From: Deltaproteobacteria bacterium
Lineage (GTDB): Bacteria > Desulfobacterota > Desulfuromonadia > Geobacterales > Pseudopelobacteraceae
NCBI GenBank assembly: GCA_021778115.1
Contig: JAJYCS010000003.1
Coordinates: forward strand, 13,156-77,155
Reading direction: 5' to 3'
Length of the DNA stretch: 64,000 bases
This document shows, in pieces, positions 55,301 to 64,000 of the stretch. The notes under the pieces were generated by a model. It was not told the origin of the DNA, searched no databases, and worked only from the letters and a program-made list of their open reading frames with translations. The position numbers were made by a program, and so were the translations under genes. The stretch's first letter is position 1; every line of letters starts with the position of its first letter.

Positions 55301-57286
55301 TCACCGGCCCCAGATCATCAGCACGAACAGGGTGGCGAAGATATAGAGCACATAGATATGGACCCGGCCATGCTGCAGGCGGCGCAGCCAGGAAAAGGCC
55401 TGACCGGACCAGGAAAAGAGCGGCGTCAGCACCTGCTCCAGCAACAGCTCGGCGGCACGATAACCGAAGGAGGCCCCCGGGGCGGGGAAGATGCCGGACA
55501 AACGTGGCCGGCTCCGCCGTGGCGACGCCATCGGCCCAAACAGATTCACCGCCAGTTCGCTGAATGAGGCGCCGGTGTACTGAATCCTGGGGGACGGCGC
55601 CTGGTACCCGCACCCCCAGGTGGGGACGGTCCCTCGGGGAAGCCGATGCAAGCGCATCCGGTAGAACAGGGCAAGGAACAGCAGCAACGCCAGCAGCAGG
55701 CCGTTCATCAGCAGAAGGGGGCCAAGCGGCGGCTGCAGGGGCCCCAGCAGTGACCAGTCAACGGCGCGGCCGCTGTAAAAACCGACCGCCGGTTGGACCA
55801 GCCGCACCAACCCCAGGGGGAAGAGGCCAGCGAGTAGACAAAGTACCGCCAGGAGGACCATCGGCGCGACCATGCCGGGTCCGGGACGGTGGACCTCCTC
55901 AGCTCTCCTGCTGCGTGGATTGCCGAGGAAGATGACACCGTAGGCCTTGACAAAGGTAATCACCGCAAGGCCGCCGACCAGGGCAAGGGTCGGCGCCACG
56001 AGGGCCACCAACGGCAACGGGGCGGTCATGCCGTCGTACAGGGCCCCCAGATAGAGGAACAGCTCACCGACAAAACCGTTTAAAGGTGGGAGACCGCAGA
56101 TGGCCAGCCCCCCCACCAACATCAGAAACGCCGTGACCGGCAGCCTGTCGGCGAGTCCACCCATCCGGTCCAGTTCCCGGGTGCCGACGCCGTGAATCAG
56201 CACCCCGCTGCCGAGGAAGAGCAGCGGCTTGAACAGGGCGTGGTTCACGATATGGATAAAGGCCCCCATGAGCCCGCAGAGGACCAGCACCGGCGACCCG
56301 GTACGGCTGCCGATCAGGGACATGCCGATGCCGATAAAGACGATGCCGATATTCTCGATGCTGCTGCAGGCAAGGAGACGCTTCAGATCACGCTGACCGG
56401 CGGCAAGGGCGATGCCGTTCAGGGCCGACCACCCCCCCAGGGCCAGCAGCAGCCAGCCGCACCAGGTGGGGAGATCGGTAAAAAACAGGAATACCCGCAG
56501 GATGCCGTAGACCCCCATCTTGAGCATCAGGCCGGACATCATGGCCGAGACCTGACTGGGGGCGTTGGCATGGGCGCCGGGGAGCCAGAAATGAAACGGC
56601 ATCAGGCCGGCCTTTGCCCCGAAACCGACCAGGGCGGCCACCAGCATCACCACCGCCACGGGGGAGAAGGGCGTAAGGGTATGGGATGGCGGGAAGTCAA
56701 AGGAACCGGTCACGGCCTTGAGCAGGGCGAACAGGACGAACAGGGCCATAGTGCCGGTATGGGTCGCCAGCAGGTAGATGGTCCCTGCCCGCTGCACCCC
56801 CCCGTCCCGCTGATCGGTGGTGAGGAGGAAATAGGCGGCAAGCGCCATCACCTCCCAGGCCACGAGAAACAGGACACCATTTCTGGCCAGCAGCACCAGC
56901 ATCATCCCCCCCCCAAACAGACCGCTGAAAAAGGTCAGCCTCCCGGCGTCACGCCGGGTTGCGGCAGGCCAGTAGGTGGGGGTGAACAGGGCGGCGCAGC
57001 CGCTGACCAGCAGGAGTGGGAGCAGAAACAGGGTGGAGAGAGGATCCGTTGCCAGCAGGGCCGGACCGAACGGCAACGGCCAATCAAGCTGGTAGACTGC
57101 GCCGGTGGTCCCGGTCATAAGGCGCAGCAGCCCTCCCCCCCCCAGCAGGGAGGCGGCCACCGCAAGCGTCACGGTCAGCCGCTGGCCCAAAACGGCGAAG
57201 CGGGGCAGCAGTCCCGGCAGACCGGACAGGGCGAGCAGCAGGGCGGCGGTGAGCAACAGGGCGGTCGGTTCACCGGTTAGATTCAC
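55301..57286 (-). CDS. ehrA: HyfB/NuoL-like antiporter-type subunit (EhrA paralog)
   Basis: GTG start; WEVMAL, KAGLMPFHFWLPGAHANAP, KRLLACSSIENIG. Confidence 0.88.
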   Translation of the reverse strand: MNLTGEPTALLLTAALLLALSGLPGLLPRFAVLGQRLTVTLAVAASLLGGGGLLRLMTGTTGAVYQLDWPLPFGPALLATDPLSTLFLLPLLLVSGCAALFTPTYWPAATRRDAGRLTFFSGLFGGGMMLVLLARNGVLFLVAWEVMALAAYFLLTTDQRDGGVQRAGTIYLLATHTGTMALFVLFALLKAVTGSFDFPPSHTLTPFSPVAVVMLVAALVGFGAKAGLMPFHFWLPGAHANAPSQVSAMMSGLMLKMGVYGILRVFLFFTDLPTWCGWLLLALGGWSALNGIALAAGQRDLKRLLACSSIENIGIVFIGIGMSLIGSRTGSPVLVLCGLMGAFIHIVNHALFKPLLFLGSGVLIHGVGTRELDRMGGLADRLPVTAFLMLVGGLAICGLPPLNGFVGELFLYLGALYDGMTAPLPLVALVAPTLALVGGLAVITFVKAYGVIFLGNPRSRRAEEVHRPGPGMVAPMVLLAVLCLLAGLFPLGLVRLVQPAVGFYSGRAVDWSLLGPLQPPLGPLLLMNGLLLALLLFLALFYRMRLHRLPRGTVPTWGCGYQAPSPRIQYTGASFSELAVNLFGPMASPRRSRPRLSGIFPAPGASFGYRAAELLLEQVLTPLFSWSGQAFSWLRRLQHGRVHIYVLYIFATLFVLMIWGR

Positions 57287-57302
57287 CGGGACCCCAGGTC
57301 AC

Positions 57303-57371
57303 AAAAAGATATGTGTTGTAAAAAAATATGACACATGAAAAAAAGATATGGTATAAAACAAAGCACGTCAA
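57303..57371. promoter_or_regulatory. AT-rich divergent overlapping promoters with repeats
   Basis: Minus: TTGACG (57371-66) -17 bp- TATCTT; plus: extended -10 TGG-TATAAA (57349-57); AAAAA(G/A)ATATG-type repeats ending at 57313, 57330 and 57350; ATGTGT/ACACAT inverted pair. Confidence 0.55.
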
Positions 57372-57427
57372 TAAAATTATGCGCCACACAAGGACGGGAC
57401 ACCCTGTCCGCAGAGGAGAGGCCCCCG

Positions 57428-57664
57428 ATGCCCACCACCCGACTCAACATCACCCTCCCCACGCCGATTGTGGACGACATCAAGGCCCTGTTCGGGCAAC
57501 GGGGTCTGAGCCAGTTTCTGGAGGAGGCGGCACGGGAAAAACTTGCCGAGGTAAAAAAGAAGGCCTACAAGGGGTTGATCGAGGGATACAGCGCCACCGC
57601 ACAGGAGACGAAAGAGGTGCTCAAGAAGTTCGACAGCGCAGTGACGGAACAACGCGATGTTTAA
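57428..57664 (+). CDS. RHH antitoxin-like protein (MazE/NdoAI-like)
   Basis: Start ATG 57428 with GAGGAG RBS; TTRLNITLP..IVDDI RHH; LIEGYSA motif; overlaps a PemK-fold gene. Confidence 0.7.
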   Translation: MPTTRLNITLPTPIVDDIKALFGQRGLSQFLEEAAREKLAEVKKKAYKGLIEGYSATAQETKEVLKKFDSAVTEQRDV

Positions 57665-58022
57665 GCGCGGCGGCATCTATCCGGTCCGGCTCCCCCATGC
57701 CGACGGCACCACCCCCGAAATCTGCCCCTGCCTGGTGGTCAGCAACAACATCGCCAACGAATTCTCGCCGGTGGTCACCATCATCCCGGTCAGCTACGAT
57801 GGCCTGGAAAAGGTGTACGACTTTGAGACCATGCTGCCGGCCAGTGGCAGCGGCCTGGACCGCAATGCCAAGGTCAGCTCCCATATCCTGATCACCATCG
57901 ACAAGACCAACGTCGTCGGGGAACGGCTCGGCCTGCTCACCAAGGGGCTGATGGGACAGGTAGGCAAGGCCCTCTGCCTGCAGCTGGGCCTGGAAGAGAC
58001 GCCGGGCCTCGGCAAAGGATAA
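57657..58022 (+). CDS. MazF/PemK-fold protein with degenerate active site
   Basis: KRGGIY, PCLVVSN..AN..SP, VYDFE, SGL..K, TIDK..GERLG; catalytic Arg replaced by Cys. Confidence 0.8.
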   Translation: MFKRGGIYPVRLPHADGTTPEICPCLVVSNNIANEFSPVVTIIPVSYDGLEKVYDFETMLPASGSGLDRNAKVSSHILITIDKTNVVGERLGLLTKGLMGQVGKALCLQLGLEETPGLGKG

Positions 58023-58027
58023 CCACC

Positions 58028-58714
58028 ATGCTGCTCGAGATAGAAGAGGCCGCACAGGCCCTGCACGTTGATGAACGGACCATGCTGCGCTGGATCAGGA
58101 AGGATCATCTGCCGGCATCGGTGATCCAGGGGGAGTACCGGGTCAACCCGGTAGACCTGCTGGAATGGGCAACGGAGCGGGGGATCAAGGTCAATCCGGC
58201 CCTCTACAAGATGCCAGCCCTGGATGAACAGCCCCTCCCCACCTTGAGCCAGGCCCTGGAGGCCGGCGGGGTGCACTGCAACGTGCCGGGGACCGATCGG
58301 GAATCGGTGCTCCGTGCGGTGGTGGCCCAGTTGCAGCTCCCTGCCGAGCTGGACCCCGATTTCATCCTCCAGGTGCTGCTGGCCCGGGAGGCGATGGGAA
58401 CCACCGCGGTGGGGGACGGTATCGCCATCCCCCATGTACGCAACCCGATCCTGGTGCAGCTGCCGGTACCCAAAGTCTCGTTAAGCTACCTGGCCCAACC
58501 GGTGGAGTTCGGCGCGCTGGACCACAAACCGGTACAGATCCTGTTTACCATCATCACCCCCACCATCAGGATGCACCTGCATCTGCTCTCCAAACTGGCA
58601 TTCTGTCTGCGGGACCAGCGCCTGCGCGGGATCCTCGGCCATGCATGCCGTCCCGACGCCATCATCAGCGAGGTCCGGACCATCGAACTGGATATGGCGG
58701 GCCTCTCACCATGA
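58028..58714 (+). CDS. Excisionase-type HTH fused to PTS EIIA (Ntr/Fru-type) domain
   Basis: EEAAQALHVDERTMLRWI HTH; REAMGTTAVGDGIAIPH with the phospho-His. Confidence 0.88.
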   Translation: MLLEIEEAAQALHVDERTMLRWIRKDHLPASVIQGEYRVNPVDLLEWATERGIKVNPALYKMPALDEQPLPTLSQALEAGGVHCNVPGTDRESVLRAVVAQLQLPAELDPDFILQVLLAREAMGTTAVGDGIAIPHVRNPILVQLPVPKVSLSYLAQPVEFGALDHKPVQILFTIITPTIRMHLHLLSKLAFCLRDQRLRGILGHACRPDAIISEVRTIELDMAGLSP

Positions 58715-60717
58715 CCCCTGACGCTGCGGCCACGCTCCCGACCCTGCTGATGGTGACGGCCATCATCCTGGCCGCTGTCTCCGGTCTGCCGTTCCTGGCG
58801 GGCCGTCCAGGGTCGGCGGCGGCCCAGCGGTTCTCCGCAGGGATCATGGTGGCGGCGGCCGCTGCCGGCATCGTCGCAGCCGTACTGACGCTCCTGCAGC
58901 GGATATCCGTCACCTGGGAGGTGGCCTGGCCCCTCCCGTTCGGTCCCACCCGCTTCGGGCTCGATCCCCTCTCGGCCCTGGTCAGCCTTCCGCTCCTGCT
59001 GATCGCCGCCTGCTGCAGCATCTACGGCATCGATTACTGGCCCGCCGCCGCCAACCGCCGCACGGCCGGCAGACTCTCCCTGTTCTTCGGCCTGTTGGTG
59101 GCGGCACTGCTGGGGGTGCTCATGGCCCGCAGCGCCGGCCTCTTCCTCCTCACCTGGGAGGTGATGGCACTGGCCGCCTACTTCGTCCTCATCTGCGACG
59201 ACCACCAGGCCGAGGTCCGTGACGCCGGCACAGTCTACCTGATCTGCACCCACGCCGGCACTCTGGCGCTCTTCGCCCTGTTCGCCCTCCTCAAAAAGGC
59301 CACCGGCAGCTTCCTCTTCCCCGTCATCGGCAGCATCCCGGCCGTCGGCCCCCTGGCCGTCGCCTGTTACGTCCTGATTCTGCTCGGCTTCGGTTTCAAG
59401 GCCGGTCTGATGCCCCTCCATGTCTGGCTGCCCGGCGCCCATGCCAACGCCCCCAGCCATATTTCAGCCTTCATGTCCGGGGTGATACTCAAGATCGGCA
59501 TCTACGGTATCATCCGCCTCCTTTCCTTCTTTACCGGTATACCGCTCTGGTGGGGAGTCCTGCTCCTCTGCCTCGGCATCGCCTCCGGCATCCTCGGGGT
59601 GGCCTTCGCACTGGGCCAGCACGACATCAAACGGCTTCTGGCCTACCACAGCATCGAGAACATCGGCATTATTGTCATGGGGATCGGGGTGGCGCTGATC
59701 GGTAGGAGCTGTGGATCGCCGGTTCTGATCCTGTTGGGGATGGCGGGGGCGCTGCTGCATCTGGTGAATCACGGACTGTTCAAATCACTACTCTTCCTTG
59801 GCGCCGGTTCGGTCATCCACGGCACCGGCAGCCGCAACCTGGAGCGGATGGGGGGGCTTCTGCGTCGCCAGCCCTGGACCGGCCTTGCCTTCCTGACTGG
59901 GGCGGTGGCCATCTGCGGCCTGCCCCCCCTAAACGGCTTTGTCAGCGAGTGGCTCCTCTACCTGGGGTTCTTTCACGGGGTGACCGGCCAAACCGGCGCC
60001 GGCGCCGTTGTCAACGCCCTGGCCGCGCCGTCACTGGCGCTGATCGGCGGTCTGGCGATCGCCTGCTTCGTCAAGGTGGTGGGAGTGGCCTTCCTCGGGG
60101 CTCCCAGGAGCCGGGAGGCGGCCCAGGCCCACGAATCGGGGCTGCTGATCCGCCTGCCGATGGGTCTGCTGGCCCTCTGCTGCCTGACCATCGGTCTTGC
60201 GCCGCGCACCATGGCCCCCCTTCTGGATGGAGCGGTTGCCACCTGGCTGCCCGCCTCGATCCCCCTGCCGCTGCTGACAGCGCTGGCCCCTTTCGGATGG
60301 CTGACCATCCTGGCCCTGGTCCTGCTCACCTTCATCCTCGGGGGAGCCGCCTGGCTCCACACCCGGCTGAGCCCCTCCGCCGCTACCTCTGTCCCCACCT
60401 GGGGCTGTGGCTATCAGGCCCCCACCGGCAGGATGCAGTACAGCGCCTCATCCTTTGCCGGGATGCTGGTGGCGCTGTTCGCCGTTATCCTCCACCCCGA
60501 ACAGCACCGATCGGACCTGCGCGGCCCCTTTCCCGCGGCGACCCGGTTCGCAAGCCATCTCCCGGAGACGACGCTGGAGCGGCTTTACCTGCCGCTGCTC
60601 ACCTGGGCCAACGGCAAATGCGGGACATTGCGCCGCCTGCAGCACGGTCAACTGCACCTCTACATCCTCTACACCTTCCTGACTCTGGTGGTGCTGCTGA
60701 CCGTCAGTCTCTCGTGA
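58711..60717 (+). CDS. ehrA: Second HyfB/NuoL-like subunit (EhrA paralog)
   Basis: ATGA overlap with the upstream gene; KAGLMPLHVWLPGAHANAP, KRLLAYHSIENIG. Confidence 0.88.
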   Translation: MTPDAAATLPTLLMVTAIILAAVSGLPFLAGRPGSAAAQRFSAGIMVAAAAAGIVAAVLTLLQRISVTWEVAWPLPFGPTRFGLDPLSALVSLPLLLIAACCSIYGIDYWPAAANRRTAGRLSLFFGLLVAALLGVLMARSAGLFLLTWEVMALAAYFVLICDDHQAEVRDAGTVYLICTHAGTLALFALFALLKKATGSFLFPVIGSIPAVGPLAVACYVLILLGFGFKAGLMPLHVWLPGAHANAPSHISAFMSGVILKIGIYGIIRLLSFFTGIPLWWGVLLLCLGIASGILGVAFALGQHDIKRLLAYHSIENIGIIVMGIGVALIGRSCGSPVLILLGMAGALLHLVNHGLFKSLLFLGAGSVIHGTGSRNLERMGGLLRRQPWTGLAFLTGAVAICGLPPLNGFVSEWLLYLGFFHGVTGQTGAGAVVNALAAPSLALIGGLAIACFVKVVGVAFLGAPRSREAAQAHESGLLIRLPMGLLALCCLTIGLAPRTMAPLLDGAVATWLPASIPLPLLTALAPFGWLTILALVLLTFILGGAAWLHTRLSPSAATSVPTWGCGYQAPTGRMQYSASSFAGMLVALFAVILHPEQHRSDLRGPFPAATRFASHLPETTLERLYLPLLTWANGKCGTLRRLQHGQLHLYILYTFLTLVVLLTVSLS

Positions 60718-61606
60718 CCTCCCCGACCATCCGGCTCCCCACCCAGTGGCTGGCGAACTGCAACGCGATCCGGCCGCTGTTGTCCCCCTTCTGACGGCAC
60801 CAAAGGATAGCGGCCTGCCGCGCCTCCTCGCTCCAAAGCCCTGGTCTGCCATGCTGTGCCGCAAGCCGTTCCACCCACTGCCGGGCCACCTCAAGGAACT
60901 GATCCTGGCTGAACGGATGGAAGCCGACCCAGAGACCAAACCGGCCGGAGAGGGAGATCTTCTCCTCCACCGCCTCGCCGTGGTGGATCTCGTTATTGAC
61001 GAGCATCGCCCCCCGGTTGTCGCTCTCATACTCCGGCAGCAGGTGGCGTCGGTTGGAGGTGACGTAGATCAGGACATTGGGTGGCGGAGCGTACACCGAG
61101 CCGTCCAGGGCGCTTTTCAACATCTTGTAGCTGGATTCGCCGGTCTCGAAGGAGACGTCGTCGGAAAAAAGGAGGAAGCGGTACGGCTGGCGCTTGATCA
61201 GATCCACCATGGCCGGTAGATGGATCAAATCATCCTTGTCCACCTGGATCACCCGCAGCCCACGGGGGGCGTAGCTGTGCAGCAGCGCCCGTACCAGGGA
61301 GGACTTGCCGGTGCCCCGGGTCCCCCACAGCAGCACATTGTTGGCCGGCGCCCCGGCCAGGAACTGGCAGGTATTCTGTTCCACCACCCGCTTCTGCTCA
61401 TCAATCCCCAGCAGATCGTCGAGGCGCATCGCCTCGATCTCCGGCACCGGTTCCAGATAACCGGCGGCACCCCGACGACGCCAGTTGGCGGCGTGGGTGA
61501 CCGCCCAGTCCACAGCGGGAACAGGTTGGGGCAGGATCTGCTCCACCGCAGTCAGGACACGGCGCAGCTGTTCAAGCATTTCTTTGTCAACGGTCAGTGA
61601 CGGCAT
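60704..61606 (-). CDS. DUF815-family AAA+ ATP-binding protein
   Basis: NNVLLWGTRGTGKSS, LKSALDGS, YVTSNRRHL, EEKISLS.RFGLW. Confidence 0.88.
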   Translation of the reverse strand: MPSLTVDKEMLEQLRRVLTAVEQILPQPVPAVDWAVTHAANWRRRGAAGYLEPVPEIEAMRLDDLLGIDEQKRVVEQNTCQFLAGAPANNVLLWGTRGTGKSSLVRALLHSYAPRGLRVIQVDKDDLIHLPAMVDLIKRQPYRFLLFSDDVSFETGESSYKMLKSALDGSVYAPPPNVLIYVTSNRRHLLPEYESDNRGAMLVNNEIHHGEAVEEKISLSGRFGLWVGFHPFSQDQFLEVARQWVERLAAQHGRPGLWSEEARQAAILWCRQKGDNSGRIALQFASHWVGSRMVGEVTRD

Positions 61607-61627
61607 CGGTCCTCTCCCTCTCGCATA

Positions 61628-62116
61628 TCATGACGCACTGGCGGCCCGTACCGGGGTCGGATGCAGTATGCGGCACAGCTCGTCCGGGGCCATCCCCACC
61701 AGATACCCCCGCTTGCCGCCGTTGATATAGATCTTCGGCAGCATCAGGATGCTCTCCTCGATGTAGATCGGCATCTGCCGCCGCGTCCCGAACGGTGAGG
61801 TTCCCCCCACCAGGTAGCCACTATGCCGCTGGGCCACCTCGGGACGGCACGGTTCCACCGACCGGACGCCGATCTGACGGGCCAGCTCCCGGGTGGAGAC
61901 CTGCCGGTCGCCATTCATCAGTATGATCAGCGGTTCTCCCCGATCATCCTCCATCACCAGGGTCTTGATGACGCAATGCTCGTCAAACCCCAGCTCACGG
62001 GCAGAGACCGCCGTCCCACCCCGCTCCTCATAGCTGTAGAGATGGTCGGTATAGGGCACGCCCGCTGCCCGCAGCACTCGGACCGCCGGGGTGACCGGCG
62101 TCTTCTCCCTGCTCAT
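61628..62116 (-). CDS. ybaK: Cys-tRNA(Pro) deacylase YbaK
   Basis: Start re-called at ATG 62116; TPAVR.L, VIKTLV, GYLVGGTSPFG, INGGKRG. Confidence 0.9.
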   Translation of the reverse strand: MSREKTPVTPAVRVLRAAGVPYTDHLYSYEERGGTAVSARELGFDEHCVIKTLVMEDDRGEPLIILMNGDRQVSTRELARQIGVRSVEPCRPEVAQRHSGYLVGGTSPFGTRRQMPIYIEESILMLPKIYINGGKRGYLVGMAPDELCRILHPTPVRAASAS

Positions 62117-62126
62117 GGCATCTCCC

Positions 62127-63137
62127 TCAGCAGATTCTCGGCAACTGTTCCCCTGCCAGCATCTCCACGACCCTGGCACCGCCAACGGCGGTTCTCATCC
62201 GCACCCTCCCCGGCGTGCCCGCCTCCACGACGCCGATAATGGCGGCATCAGCACCGGCAGGATGACGGCGTAGCGCCGCCAGGGCTTCATCGGCCCGTTC
62301 CGGGGCAACGCAGGCCACAAGCTTCCCCTCGTTGGCGACATAGAGCGGATCGAGCCCCAGAATGCCGCACAGCCCACGCACCGCTGGCCTGATCGGAATG
62401 GCAGCCTCGTCGATACTGAGACTCACCCCGGACTGTCGGGCTATCTCCACCAGGGTGGTGGCAACCCCCCCCCTGGTGGGATCACGCAAGAGATGGAGAC
62501 CGGCGCCTGCCGCCTCCATCAGGGCCTCCACCAACCCCCAGAGGGGGGCCGAATCGGAAGGGAGTCCACCTGCGTCAAGCCCCTCACGGGCCGCCATGAC
62601 CGCCATCCCGTGGTCTCCCATGGTCCCGGAGAGGATAATCCGGTCTCCTTCCTGCCCATTGGCGCCGTGGATGACCAGATCGTGTTCCAACACCCCCACC
62701 CCGCTGGTGGTGATATAGACCCGATCCGCCTTGCCGCGGGGCACCACCTTGGTGTCACCGGTCACCACCTGCACGCCGCAGATATCGGCAGCCCGGCGCA
62801 GATCGGCCAGGATGGCGGCCAGGGAGTCCCTACGGAACCCCTCCTCGATGATCAGGGCGCAGGAGAGCCAGAGGGGACGCGCCCCCATCATGGCCAGATC
62901 GTTCACCGTGCCATGGACCGCCAGGGAGCCGATGGTGCCGCCGGGGAAAAACGGGGGGTCGACCACATAACCGTCGGTGGTGAAGGCCAGCCGGCGCCCT
63001 CCCGCCTCCAGCAGGGCGGCATCGTTCTGTTCCCGGTCGCTCAGACCGGAGAGGGTCGGCACAACAAGTTCGTCCAGCAACCGGTGGCTCAAGGCGCCGC
63101 CGCTGCCGTGTCCCAGCAGGATCAGATCATCAGGCAT
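62127..63137 (-). CDS. hypE: Hydrogenase maturation carbamoyl dehydratase HypE
   Basis: Start re-called at ATG 63137; LGHGSGG, TTDGYVV.P.FFPGG, RDPTRGG, VANEGK, C-terminal PRIC. Confidence 0.95.
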   Translation of the reverse strand: MPDDLILLGHGSGGALSHRLLDELVVPTLSGLSDREQNDAALLEAGGRRLAFTTDGYVVDPPFFPGGTIGSLAVHGTVNDLAMMGARPLWLSCALIIEEGFRRDSLAAILADLRRAADICGVQVVTGDTKVVPRGKADRVYITTSGVGVLEHDLVIHGANGQEGDRIILSGTMGDHGMAVMAAREGLDAGGLPSDSAPLWGLVEALMEAAGAGLHLLRDPTRGGVATTLVEIARQSGVSLSIDEAAIPIRPAVRGLCGILGLDPLYVANEGKLVACVAPERADEALAALRRHPAGADAAIIGVVEAGTPGRVRMRTAVGGARVVEMLAGEQLPRIC

Positions 63138-63290
63138 GGCTTCCCTCCCTTGGGGCCGAAAGAGTAGCACGTACCCCTCCAGCTGTCACCACCCGATCGC
63201 TGCCGGCCTGTTTTCTGTTCCCAAAGCGCCCTCATTCGTGGTAAAAAATCGATTTGTCTGCCTGTCCACACCACCTGACTGGAGGTCCCG

Positions 63291-64000
63291 ATGTCCGACT
63301 ACCGCCCAATGACCACCCTGCCGCCACTGCCCGGCTATCATGCCGGTGACGTCTTGGTCCTGTTCGGCGAGCTCTTCGGCCGAGGCTATGCCAACGGTCT
63401 GGTGGCCGAGGCTCGGCGTCTGGGGATGACCATCCTGGGGACCACCGTAGGCCGCCGGGACAGCGACGGTTCCCTGCGCCCCCTCACGCCGGAGGAGCTT
63501 GCCGAGGCCGAGACCCTGCTGGGAGGGACCATCATCAACATCCCCCTGGAGGCCGGTTTCGATATGGAGACCCCTGACGGGCAGCCCTCCATCAGCGACC
63601 GGCTGAAGAAGGCAAAACCGGACGAATGGGAACAGGTCTCCTTCCCTGACGGCTTCATATCGCAGGCCCAGGCCGCTGGCCAGGCCCGTTTTACCGCCGC
63701 CGTGGCCCGGCTGGCGGATGAACTTGCAGATCGGGTGCCGGCAGGGGCCGACCTCCTCCTTGCCCACACCATGGCCGGCGGTATCCCCCGGGCACGTTTC
63801 TTCATGCCCCTGCTGAACCGGGTATTCAAAGGTATCGGCGACAAACACCTCCCCTCGGCCCCCTTCTGGCAGAGCCAGGTGGGGCAACTGTGTGACGCAA
63901 GCTTCAACGAGGTGACCGCCGACACCTTCCGTTATCTCCTGGAGGGTACCGCCGGACTCCGTAACCGGATCGAAGCCGCCGGAGGCCGGACAGCCTACAG
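63291..64000 (+). CDS. Partial CDS, probable FabMG-type enoyl-ACP reductase family protein (runs off the window)
   Basis: GGAGG RBS, ATG 63291, no stop to the window end; translates GDVLVLFGELFGRGYANG...VGRRD...INIPLEAGFD...HTMAGGIP; family assignment is from memory. Confidence 0.6.
   Translation, partial: MSDYRPMTTLPPLPGYHAGDVLVLFGELFGRGYANGLVAEARRLGMTILGTTVGRRDSDGSLRPLTPEELAEAETLLGGTIINIPLEAGFDMETPDGQPSISDRLKKAKPDEWEQVSFPDGFISQAQAAGQARFTAAVARLADELADRVPAGADLLLAHTMAGGIPRARFFMPLLNRVFKGIGDKHLPSAPFWQSQVGQLCDASFNEVTADTFRYLLEGTAGLRNRIEAAGGRTAY

Overview
GC-rich bacterial chromosomal window, most consistent with a Geobacterales/Desulfuromonadia-type metal reducer (inferred from gene content). No rRNA, tRNA, CRISPR array, transposase or integrase was seen. 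Five blocks. (1) 185-17080: an MSHA-like type IV pilus locus with secretin, assembly ATPase, platform protein, ExeA ATPase, TPR protein and major pilin. It also carries a TMTC-like GT-C glycosyltransferase, two paralogous Ig-domain minor pilins (one a 956-aa L-type lectin adhesin with a six-unit Cys-rich insert) and a lower-GC island of two toxin-antitoxin pairs. (2) 17196-26006: a degenerate Mrr-nuclease/ParA fusion, hemH, a Spy/CpxP-like gene with an OmpR/BaeS-type two-component system, a LUD protein, comF and rrf2-cysK-larE. (3) 26017-45263, all minus strand: an 11-gene extracellular electron transfer operon headed by an OmcE-like tetraheme, with five multiheme cytochromes (44 heme motifs counted by eye), two NHL lipoproteins, a TPR/beta-barrel porin, a Cys-less thioredoxin-TPR and a PAS sigma54 activator. 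It is followed by a sigma54 two-component system and four exported proteins. The same tandem GTGCA-N5-TGCAC enhancer plus sigma54-like promoter architecture appears upstream of both gene sets. (4) 45584-49416: a group 3b-type NiFe hydrogenase operon divergent from omcE. (5) 49441-64000: an ArgA-like acetyltransferase, a split Ehr (hydrogenase-related) complex whose second arm starts with a catalytically degenerate MazEF-like pair and an HTH-PTS-IIA gene, then DUF815, ybaK, hypE and a partial FabMG-like gene. All family calls come from motif recognition without database searches.
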